Assembly: GCA_030680155.1 (NCBI GenBank)
Contig: JAUXWL010000153.1
Location: 1 to 32,000, forward strand
DNA from: Anaerolineales bacterium
GTDB lineage: Bacteria; Chloroflexota; Anaerolineae; Anaerolineales; Villigracilaceae
Direction: 5' to 3'
DNA length: 32,000 nucleotides
Shown piece after piece: positions 22,502-29,589 of the stretch. The notes under the pieces were generated by a model. The model made no database searches. It worked only from the letters and a program-made list of their open reading frames with translations, and was not told the origin of the DNA. The stretch's first letter is position 1, and every line of letters starts with the position of its first letter. A program made the position numbers and the translations under genes.

Positions 22502-23920
22502 ATGTCTACCCCCGTTAAAGAATTGCTTGACCTTGTAGAAAATAGCCTTGCAGTTGAAGGTTCAACTGTAAAAGTGCTGGATGCGGATAAATTCAGGAAG
22601 AACGTCGGTAAATTAGTGGAACGTTCTGCGCTCGGCTCAGACTCAACTGTGGGCTGGTCCCGTTATCTCGTCAGATGCGCCGCCCTGGAATTGGGCGTCG
22701 TCCCCGCCTCCATCCACGACCTGTACATGGCGCGCGGACGCGGGGATGCGCCGATGACCTTCACCATTCCCGCCTTCAACCTGCGGGCGCTGTCTCACCA
22801 CGCTGCACGCGCCATGTTCCGCGCTGCAAATAAAATAAATGCAGGCGCTTTCATCTTTGAAATTGCCCGTTCTGAAATCGGTTACACCGCCCAACGTCCC
22901 GCCGAATATGCCACGAATATCCTCGCTGCCGCCATCGCCGAGGGATTTGTCGGCCCTGTGTTTATTCAGGGCGATCATTTTCAGGTCTCTGCCAAACGTT
23001 ACATGGCGGACGCCGAAGCGGAATTGCAAGCCGTGCGTGACCTTTCCATTGAAGCGATGGCAGCCGGTTTCTATAATATTGACGTGGATACCTCTACACT
23101 TGTAGATATCCACCTGCCGACCGTGGAAGAACAACAGGCGCTGAATAGCAAACTTTCCGCTGAACTTTCCACCTTCATCCGCAACAACGAACCTGCTGGC
23201 GTGACGGTGTCGATTGGCGGCGAGATCGGCGAAGTAGGCACCAACAACTCCACCGAACCTGAATTGCGCGCCTACATGGATGCCTACACTGTCCAAATGA
23301 AGGAACTTTCCCCGGGCAAACCCGGCTTGAGCAAGATTAGTGTGTTGACGGGCACTTCCCACGGCGGTACAGTCCTGCCGGATGGCTCGATTGCCGAAGT
23401 GAATATTGCCTTCGATGTGCTGCGTGACCTCAGCCGTGTTTCCCGCAAGGAATACGGCATGGGCGGAACCGTCCAGCATGGCGCATCCACTGTGCCGGAA
23501 GAGAATTTCAATAAATTTGTGCAGCATGAAGCAATCGAAGTTCATCTTGCCACGAATTTTGCGACCATGTTCTTTGATAACATCCCCGATGATTTCCGCG
23601 AAGAGATGTATGCCTGGTTGGACGTCAACTCCGCCGCAGACCGCAAGCCCGGCATGACGGACGAACAGTTCTATTACAAGGTTCGCAAGAATGCGATTGG
23701 TCCGTTCAAAGCCAGGGCGTATGCCCTGCCCGAATCTGCCCATGCGAAACTTGGCGCGGCTTGGGAGGCACAGTTCGATAAACTGTTCAACCTGCTAGGC
23801 GTGAAGGACACGAAGCAATACACCGATAAATTCATCCATGCGGTGAAGGTTCAGCCGTCTCTGGCGGATTACGTGAAGGACGACGTCGCCGCTGAAGATG
23901 TGAGCGACCTGGCGGACTAA
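22502..23920 (+). CDS. Class II (metal-dependent) fructose/ketose-bisphosphate aldolase-family protein, long form
   Basis: Family blocks present are FIQGDHF, GGEIGEVG, TGTSHGG and VQHGAST. An AGGAG RBS lies 6 nt upstream. A TATAAT at 22465-22470 is a possible -10. Confidence 0.75.
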   Translation: MSTPVKELLDLVENSLAVEGSTVKVLDADKFRKNVGKLVERSALGSDSTVGWSRYLVRCAALELGVVPASIHDLYMARGRGDAPMTFTIPAFNLRALSHHAARAMFRAANKINAGAFIFEIARSEIGYTAQRPAEYATNILAAAIAEGFVGPVFIQGDHFQVSAKRYMADAEAELQAVRDLSIEAMAAGFYNIDVDTSTLVDIHLPTVEEQQALNSKLSAELSTFIRNNEPAGVTVSIGGEIGEVGTNNSTEPELRAYMDAYTVQMKELSPGKPGLSKISVLTGTSHGGTVLPDGSIAEVNIAFDVLRDLSRVSRKEYGMGGTVQHGASTVPEENFNKFVQHEAIEVHLATNFATMFFDNIPDDFREEMYAWLDVNSAADRKPGMTDEQFYYKVRKNAIGPFKARAYALPESAHAKLGAAWEAQFDKLFNLLGVKDTKQYTDKFIHAVKVQPSLADYVKDDVAAEDVSDLAD

Positions 23921-23937
23921 AGTCAGCGTACTTCGAG

Positions 23938-24432
23938 ATGCCTGTCTCAGATCAAGGTATAACGAAAGACCGATATATGCTCATCCCCCGCACGGCGATT
24001 TTTGTCCGTCGCGGGGATGAGTATTTGTTAATGAAGGGTGCGCCCACAAAACGCCTGTGGGCGGGAAAATACAACGGGCTTGGCGGCCATGTGGAGCGCG
24101 GGGAAGACCTCATCTCTGCCGCACGGCGCGAACTGCTTGAAGAGGCAGGCGTCACTGCCGATCTTTGGCTGTGCGGCACGGTGATCGTGGATACCGGGGA
24201 TATCGGCGTCCTCTTGTTTGTGGTGTGCGGAGAAAATGTGCGGGGGGAGATAAAGACTTCGCGGGAGGGAACAGCCGAATGGGTCCAGAAAGAGGCGTTG
24301 GATCATCTTCCGGTTGTGGAGGATCTGCCGATCCTGCTCGGACAAATCCATCAAATGAAATTTGGCGATCCGCCTTTTTCGGCGCGGTCTTTTTATGAAA
24401 ACGAAAAACTAAAGATATTATTTGCTGAATGA
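23938..24432 (+). CDS. NUDIX hydrolase
   Basis: The NUDIX box is GGHVERGEDLISAARRELLEEAGV. An alternative start is M14 at 23977. Confidence 0.85.
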   Translation: MPVSDQGITKDRYMLIPRTAIFVRRGDEYLLMKGAPTKRLWAGKYNGLGGHVERGEDLISAARRELLEEAGVTADLWLCGTVIVDTGDIGVLLFVVCGENVRGEIKTSREGTAEWVQKEALDHLPVVEDLPILLGQIHQMKFGDPPFSARSFYENEKLKILFAE

Positions 24433-24435
24433 AAA

Positions 24436-24464
24436 AGCCGCCCTTGCAAAAGGCGGCTTTTTTT
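24436..24464 (+). terminator. Rho-independent terminator of the NUDIX gene
   Basis: The stem AGCCGCC/GGCGGCT has an 8-9-nt loop and is followed by T7 (24458-24464). It lies immediately after the stop codon. Confidence 0.8.
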
Positions 24465-25010
24465 GTGTGCGCCCAGTATGGGCGTTGGCTAGTGCCCAAA
24501 CAACCTAAAAGTGGAGGGGCAAAAGCGGCTGAAGTTCGCCGCTTTTGCCCTACATCCTCATGTTGTTTGGGTACTAGAGGGTGAAAGACCCTTATGGACG
24601 CCTTCGGCGGATTGCACCAACCATTAGCGGAAGGCAAGGGCGTTGTCGTGAGGCAAGGTCTGGACGCTACGCAGAGCCGGAAGCAAACCTGCGGTTCGAG
24701 GAACACAAAGCATGTATGAGGCTATCCAAGTCAGGCGGGTTGGCACAAGACAATGAAGCCTAATGCAATCAAGGACTTGGGGAGTAAACAAGCCGAACGC
24801 GCAGAGAATGCCAACGTTCTTACCCTTCGACAGGATCAGGGATCACCTTCGACAGGCTCAGGGACCACCTGGGGAGACCTGTTACCAAGCCGTAAGGCAA
24901 CCCTGCTTGCGAAAGCAGGCTGAGGTAACAGGGGTCAGCAGAAGCCATAGTACCGGGGGATAATCATTGCACAACGTCCCGAAGGATCGCCTTCGGGACG
25001 TTCACTTCCC
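24465..25010 (+). mobile_element. ORF-less 5' fragment (domains I-III) of a class-C-like group II intron
   Basis: It starts GTGTGCGCCCAGTATGGGCG directly after the terminator T-tract. Several segments are colinear with the Oceanobacillus iheyensis IIC ribozyme as I recall it: TAGAGGGTGAAAGACCC, GCAAACCTGCGGTTCGAGGAACAC, ATGAGGCTA, TTCTTACCC and GGGGTCAGCAGAAGCCATAGTACC. It is rich in GNRA and UUCG loops. I found no domain V/VI and no RT ORF. Confidence 0.65.
24973..25002. repeat. 13-bp perfect hairpin AACGTCCCGAAGG-ATCG-CCTTCGGGACGTT
   Basis: Read directly. It has the same stem sequence as the outer stem at 14091-14166. It sits 28 nt past the stop of the minus-strand gene 25031-25786, so it may act as that gene's transcript-end hairpin, although there is no U-tract. 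Confidence 0.55.
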
Positions 25011-25030
25011 AACCGTGACTGTCACCAGCT

Positions 25031-25786
25031 TTACGACGCGGTTTCGAGGGTCAGACTCAGCCCTGCCTGGAGTTCTTCCAGCGCTGGGTCGAAGATTTTG
25101 ACCAAGGTAATATCGGGGAATCTCGCCCGCCCCTCCTCTGCGATCCATACGCTTTCCTGATACTCGCCCCATTGCAGGTTGACGCGCAAAGGAAACCGGG
25201 CGGATACCGCTGGCGCATTGAGCGTCACGGCGAGGGTCAGGTATGCGGCCAGGGCATTGTCGAGATCGTCCGAGAGGGTGCAATCCAGCGCGAGAGTGTA
25301 GGTTCCCTCGTCCGCTGTGATTTCTTCGCGCAATAACGTGAACCACGGTTCTTCGATCATCGGGTCGGCGCGATACGCCAGTTCGGGCGGAGAGAAGACG
25401 GCTTGGATCTGTTCGAGTGACCGCTGTAACGTGGCGCGCCAGTTCTCTCCCAACGTTTGCACCACGGGCGCCGAGGGCTGACGGGCGAGGAAATCGAGTT
25501 GCGTTTCCGGGTCTGGCAGGGGCAGCATTGTGCCAGCGCGTTCGGCTTCCACGGCTTCGAGCGCGTCGAGAAATGCCTGCCTTAATTCGGGCTTCCCGAG
25601 CAGTTGTCGGTGAAAGTCCGGGTATTGGCGGGGCAGGTTTTCGCCGTTCAGTGTCCCACTGAGGATTAAGGATATCATGTCACTTTCCATGAACGAAATG
25701 GAATCGTTCCGGGCGTCGAGCGCCGCGAGGTGTTCAGCCAGCTTTTTCAGCGCAGCTGACTTTCGGGGATTTACATTCTCATTCAT
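25031..25786 (-). CDS. Hypothetical protein co-transcribed with the sigma factor (possible anti-sigma or regulatory partner)
   Basis: The 251-aa acidic protein overlaps the sigma gene stop by 8 nt. It has no TM segment, no zinc-finger motif and no recognisable family. Confidence 0.6.
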   Translation of the reverse strand: MNENVNPRKSAALKKLAEHLAALDARNDSISFMESDMISLILSGTLNGENLPRQYPDFHRQLLGKPELRQAFLDALEAVEAERAGTMLPLPDPETQLDFLARQPSAPVVQTLGENWRATLQRSLEQIQAVFSPPELAYRADPMIEEPWFTLLREEITADEGTYTLALDCTLSDDLDNALAAYLTLAVTLNAPAVSARFPLRVNLQWGEYQESVWIAEEGRARFPDITLVKIFDPALEELQAGLSLTLETAS

Positions 25787-26618
25787 ATAGGTTATCCCTG
25801 ATTGTACTCAAAACCTTCCGCAGGTCTGCCAGCGCGTTGAAGTGCAAACTGTAGACGGCGCCCACGCTTTTGCCCAGTTTTTGGGCGATCTCCTCCACTT
25901 CCAGTTCGTCGAAGTAGAGCATCTGGATCACGCTGCGACGCGCTTCGGAGAGTTGCGCCAGGACGGAAGCCAGGTCGTCGCCAAGTTCCTTGTGCAGGAA
26001 TTGCGCCTCCAGCAGGAGGTCGTTGGGATTCGTCAGGTCGTCCTCCAGTTCGACTTGTTTCTCCTGCGGCACGACGGATTTCTTCATGGAGTTGTGGATG
26101 AATTTGCGGCAGGCGTTCTGGACGAGGATGTGCGCCCACGGGTCGAAGTCGGTATCGTAGGGGAAGTGGGCATTGAGCAGGTGGATCGCCGCCTCGTGCG
26201 CGCATTCGACCGCGAGATCGCGGGTGTGGTCGTCGGCGGTGAAGTTCTTTCTGAGGAAGAAGTTGTATGTCCAGGTCTGCATGCGGGCGTAGAGCGGAGC
26301 CCAGGCATCGGGGTCGCGTTCGATCTGGAGTTGGTGAAGGTAAGCATGGAGGGAGGAAAAACCGTCGGCGACGCGCCAGGCATAGGCGTGGATGCGATCC
26401 GCCTGCCCCTCTGTAAAGGCGTGAATCCGTCCCCGGTCCAGGTTGGCAAGGAGGACCGGCTTGATTCGGCGCGCCAATTCTTCGCCTCTGGCTTCCGCCA
26501 ATGCCTTCAGCGCTTCCTCCAATTTGGGTCGAATGTCTTTGGCTTCCACGTTCACTTTGTTCTCCGGGGGGCGGGGATGTGTCGGGCTGATTATATGGTC
26601 ATTGCGCGGGGTTGGCAA
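25779..26618 (-). CDS. Sigma-70-family RNA polymerase sigma factor with an N-terminal extension
   Basis: Region 2-like sequence is DPWAHILVQNACRKF. The region 4 HTH is ARRSVIQMLYFDELEVEEIAQKLGKSVGAVYSLHFNALADLRKVL. About 100 extra residues lie N-terminal of these. Confidence 0.8.
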   Translation of the reverse strand: MPTPRNDHIISPTHPRPPENKVNVEAKDIRPKLEEALKALAEARGEELARRIKPVLLANLDRGRIHAFTEGQADRIHAYAWRVADGFSSLHAYLHQLQIERDPDAWAPLYARMQTWTYNFFLRKNFTADDHTRDLAVECAHEAAIHLLNAHFPYDTDFDPWAHILVQNACRKFIHNSMKKSVVPQEKQVELEDDLTNPNDLLLEAQFLHKELGDDLASVLAQLSEARRSVIQMLYFDELEVEEIAQKLGKSVGAVYSLHFNALADLRKVLSTIRDNLYE

Positions 26619-27134
26619 CTGAAACGGGCGCGTTGAATTTTTCCAAAATCAGCGCGTCGAAAATGGAAGAAAATCGAACCGTACTTGCATATATGTAGTA
26701 GATGAGTACCGCCGTGTAGGGGATCGGCAGCACTGGGGGGATAGAAACGGGGTTACATTCATCGCCTGCCCGCCGGACACCTTCAGGGGAACGCGGGCAG
26801 GCCGTGCGTAACGCGGGATTTATCCTTGTTTCATTTGCTGACGCGCGCCCAGACCATGCCCATTTTGGTGACAAAACGCGCTCGTGAACTCAACCTCGGT
26901 TGGTCGTGGGGCTGAGAGACTCTCCCCCCAATGTTTGAGAAGATACAAAAAATAGAAGTAAAACTCGAATCGTATGATAGCGACAAAAAACTTGTTCATG
27001 GTTTGGTAGATGAATTTTTCAAAAAAATGCCAAACCCTGCAACTGCAAATAAGGTGTTGGAGTACGAGATTAATTACGCATGAGAGTCGACATGATGGTA
27101 AAAGCGCAAAGGGTGCTTTTGTTACTTCAAAAAA

Positions 27135-27176
27135 CGAAAAAGGTCACGGAGATGCGCGTCATCTCCGTGACCTTTT
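27135..27176 (-). terminator. Bidirectional-looking rho-independent terminator downstream of rtcB
   Basis: The 13-bp stem is GGTCACGGAGATG (27141-27153) with CATCTCCGTGACC (27159-27171). It is flanked by an A-run and a T-run. On the minus strand it is followed by TTTTTCGTTTTTT. Confidence 0.75.
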
Positions 27177-27178
27177 TC

Positions 27179-28600
27179 CTAAGTATCCCCCGCCTCATCC
27201 GCCATGCGGACGATGCGCGGGGTGAACTTGCCGATCACATCCACCAGATCGCGCTGGGCGGTGATGACCTCATCGATTGCTTTGTATGCCTGCGGCGACT
27301 CATCGATGCCGCCGCCGAGCAGGGTAACGCCGCGCTCTTTGAGATAGTCGTCCCGTTCGCGCCTGCTGATGGAATTGAGCGCAGCCTTGCGACTCATTTT
27401 GCGACCCGCCCCATGTGAAGCGGATTCAAGCGACTCGCTCACGCCTCTTCCTCTAACGACGTAGCCTGCATCTCCCATCGAGCCGGGGATTACGCCGAGA
27501 ACGCCTCTGCCTGCGGGTGTGGCGCCCTTCCTGTGGATGATGACTTCGCGCCCGTCAGGGAGTTGTTCGCGCCATGCGAAGTTATGGTGATTTTCAACCG
27601 CCGCTACTTCTTTCAATCCAACCGCCGCTGCGACACGTTTGTGGATGATGTAATGATTTGCTGATGCAAATCTTCCCGCCAGTTCCATCGAGAGCCAGTA
27701 TTCCTGACCGTCTTCCGAATCCAGTGAAAGCCATGCGAGGTGACGGACGCTCTTATCGAGGTCGGGATGCTTCTCCATCGCCAGTTTGCTAAAGCGATCT
27801 GCGATCCGTGCGCCGACTCCGCGGGAGCCGCTGTGCGAGAGCAGGGCAAGATACTCGCCAGTCTTCAAGCCAAACAGCGGCTCGTGCAGTCTGAACGAAC
27901 CCCATTCAACGAAGTGGTTGCCCGTGCCGCTCGTGCCGAGTTGATTCATGGCAGTGTCTTTGAGTGTCTTGAGTTGGCGGGTGGCGTACCACGCATCATC
28001 ATCCAACACGGGATGCTGGGCTTTCTTACTGCCTGTCCACTTTGATCCCATGCCGAAGGCGGTTTCGTCCCATAGGGCGTTCTCGAACATGCCCTTCTTC
28101 TGTCCGATGAGGATCGGCGAGACTTCATACAGCGAGAGGCGCATACGGCAGGCAATGTCCACGCCGACAGCGTAGGGGATGACGACGTTCTCCGTCGCCA
28201 GCACACCGCCGATGGGCAGTCCGTAGCCGACGTGGGCATCGGGCATCAGCGCGCCGGTGACGGTCACGGGCAGGCGCATGGCGTTTTCCATTTGCTGGAT
28301 TGCGCCTTGTTCGATGTGATCCGCCCCCCAGATGGGGAAGGGCAGCGGCGACTCGCGCAGGTCTTCAGCGCTGGGTTCGTCGTTTTGGTTCTTGCGCAGA
28401 ATCTCGCGGGCGAGGTCCGCGAGCAAGGCGTCGGCGAGGAAACTGCCTGGGTTCTGGCGAACCGCTTCGAGCGCGGCTAGAGCCGCGTCGCGTTCCATGC
28501 CGTCCGCGATCATTTTGTTTCCAGCGTCTTTGGCGAGACCGATGCTTTTTCCGTCCTGCCAGTTGTTGAGTTTTAGGATCTTTCCTGTGATGATGTCCAT
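27179..28600 (-). CDS. rtcB: RNA-splicing/repair ligase RtcB
   Basis: Motifs are LMPDAHVGYG, GTSGTGNHFVEW, LLSHSGSRGVG and VENHHNF. I start it at MDIITGK (28600), which has an AAGGAAAAAA RBS; the track ORF extends to 28804 through a hairpin and the upstream gene. Confidence 0.9.
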   Translation of the reverse strand: MDIITGKILKLNNWQDGKSIGLAKDAGNKMIADGMERDAALAALEAVRQNPGSFLADALLADLAREILRKNQNDEPSAEDLRESPLPFPIWGADHIEQGAIQQMENAMRLPVTVTGALMPDAHVGYGLPIGGVLATENVVIPYAVGVDIACRMRLSLYEVSPILIGQKKGMFENALWDETAFGMGSKWTGSKKAQHPVLDDDAWYATRQLKTLKDTAMNQLGTSGTGNHFVEWGSFRLHEPLFGLKTGEYLALLSHSGSRGVGARIADRFSKLAMEKHPDLDKSVRHLAWLSLDSEDGQEYWLSMELAGRFASANHYIIHKRVAAAVGLKEVAAVENHHNFAWREQLPDGREVIIHRKGATPAGRGVLGVIPGSMGDAGYVVRGRGVSESLESASHGAGRKMSRKAALNSISRRERDDYLKERGVTLLGGGIDESPQAYKAIDEVITAQRDLVDVIGKFTPRIVRMADEAGDT

Positions 28601-28616
28601 GATTTTTTCCTTGATC

Positions 28617-28668
28617 GTACCGCAAAGTTCACTTTGCGAATACGAACGCAAGGTGAACCTTGCGGTAC
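28617..28668 (-). repeat. 52-nt hairpin element (GTACCGCAAGGTTCACCTTGC...GCGGTAC) between the NTF2-like gene and rtcB
   Basis: The 16-nt arms at 28617-28632 and 28653-28668 have one mismatch. On the minus strand its first 21 nt are nearly identical to those of the hairpin at 29399-29451. Confidence 0.6.
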
Positions 28669-29093
28669 TAAATTGGGTCGGGCGGGTTGCAAGCCTCGTC
28701 ATACTTAATTGTAGTGAAAATTTCGGCTTGCAACACCCAATTGTTTTGTTGTGTTCGCTGCCATTTGGCGGCATAGACACCCGAGGCGTGGACGAGTGCG
28801 CCATTTATGGAATACTCGCCCTGCCAGTCCCCAAGTTCTTCGGCGATGCCCCAGGCTTCGTTGGTGGTGATCTCGCGCGGGGTTCGACGATAGACGGCGG
28901 TCGGGTCGGATTTGAAAAGCTCTGCCCAGCGTGTTTCTTCCGCGTCGCCTCCGTGGAACTGGTCGCTGCGCCCTGTGATGAGGTGATAGCTCGGCGCGAG
29001 CAGCGGGCGGATGCGCTTAGAGTCTTTCTCTGCGATGGCGCGGTTGAAGGCTTCGCGTGCGGCGCGGATCAGGTCGGATGTAGTTTGGGTCAT
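28668..29093 (-). CDS. NTF2-like (SnoaL/DUF4440-type) protein
   Basis: The 141-aa protein begins AAREAFNRAIAEKD and has a W/Y-rich C-terminal sheet region, typical of NTF2-fold proteins. This is a fold-level call only. Confidence 0.6.
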   Translation of the reverse strand: MTQTTSDLIRAAREAFNRAIAEKDSKRIRPLLAPSYHLITGRSDQFHGGDAEETRWAELFKSDPTAVYRRTPREITTNEAWGIAEELGDWQGEYSINGALVHASGVYAAKWQRTQQNNWVLQAEIFTTIKYDEACNPPDPI

Positions 29094-29112
29094 GAGGTTT
29101 TCCTTTCGTTCA

Positions 29113-29227
29113 TTTCGTCATTGCCTATACCGTGTGCAGGCACGCGTGCGAGGGTGAAACCCGAAGCAATCTTATGATTAAGCTAGGGATTGCTTCGTCG
29201 GGCTGTCGCCCTCCTCGCAATGACGAA
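29113..29227. repeat. REP-like nested inverted repeat in the 5' leader of the NTF2-like/rtcB operon
   Basis: The outer arms are TTCGTCATTGC (29113-29123) and GCAATGACGAA (29217-29227). The inner arms are CGAAGCAATC (29162-29171) and GATTGCTTCG (29188-29197). Confidence 0.55.
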
Positions 29228-29234
29228 GAAAGAC

Positions 29235-29268
29235 AATAAAAAACACGGCGCGGGGTGCGCCGTGTTTG
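29235..29268 (-). terminator. Intrinsic terminator inside the operon leader (minus strand)
   Basis: The 11-bp stem is AAACACGGCGC (29241-29251) with GCGCCGTGTTT (29257-29267) and a 5-nt loop. On the minus strand the stem runs into TTTTTTATTG. Confidence 0.55.
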
Positions 29269-29398
29269 GAAAGACACAGGAATTGAAGCCGTAGTTAAAC
29301 GGTCAAGTGACGCACTTCGAGGGAATAAGTTGTTCGGTTGGATTTTTTACGTAGAAGATACAAAGACATTTGAAGTGCGCTCCTTTCTTTTGAAATTT

Positions 29399-29451
29399 TG
29401 TACCGCGATATTTATGTCGCTTTTTGAAATGGCAAGATAAATCTTGCGGTA
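29399..29451 (-). repeat. 53-nt hairpin element (GTACCGCAAGATTTATCTTGC...GCGGTAC) at the predicted 5' end of the leader transcript
   Basis: The arms lie at 29399-29414 and 29436-29451. It is a sequence relative of the hairpin at 28617-28668. Confidence 0.55.
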
Positions 29452-29459
29452 CGTAGTTG

Positions 29460-29489
29460 CAGTTTACATGAGAGATGGATTACTTGTCA
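29460..29489 (-). promoter_or_regulatory. Candidate sigma70-type promoter (TTGACA-N18-TAAACT) driving the leader and the NTF2-like/rtcB operon
   Basis: On the minus strand the -35 TTGACA is at 29484-29489 and the -10 TAAACT at 29460-29465. The predicted start falls at the base of the 29399-29451 hairpin. Confidence 0.45.
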
Positions 29490-29589
29490 AGGAAAGCGCG
29501 TCACCGATTTCAAGCCACATCAATTCGCGGACGTTCGTCACCGTGCCGAAAAGGATAATGGGGCTACAATTAACCGGTATGGAGGCTTC

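Noticed and set aside
22643-23743. 366-aa minus-strand ORF opposite the aldolase-family gene
   Set aside because: It is a shadow ORF. The plus-strand frame carries the class II aldolase blocks and has an RBS.
24152-24706. 184-aa minus-strand ORF
   Set aside because: It runs antisense through the NUDIX 3' end, the intrinsic terminator and the group II intron fragment. The translation has no protein-like features.
24465-25010. RNase P RNA, tmRNA, a riboswitch or an omega-RNA as the identity of the structured region
   Set aside because: It lacks the RNase P GGAAAGUCC / ACAGAA-CCCGGCUUA blocks. It lacks a tmRNA tag frame and a tRNA-like 3' end. No IscB/TnpB gene is nearby. The ordered matches to group II intron domain I-III blocks and the GUGYG start fit better.
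25842-26636. 264-aa plus-strand ORF opposite the sigma factor gene
   Set aside because: It is a shadow ORF. The minus-strand frame has a clear region 4 HTH.
28601-28804. N-terminal 68-codon extension of the rtcB ORF
   Set aside because: It reads through a strong hairpin and overlaps the upstream gene. The internal ATG at 28600 has an RBS and gives a normal RtcB length.
28332-29177. 281-aa plus-strand ORF spanning the rtcB 5' end and the NTF2-like gene
   Set aside because: It is a shadow ORF that crosses an intergenic hairpin and has a Ser/Arg-rich low-complexity translation.
29255-29440. 61-aa plus-strand ORF in the rtcB-operon leader region
   Set aside because: It spans a terminator and a hairpin and has no RBS. 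The region is better explained as a minus-strand leader RNA.
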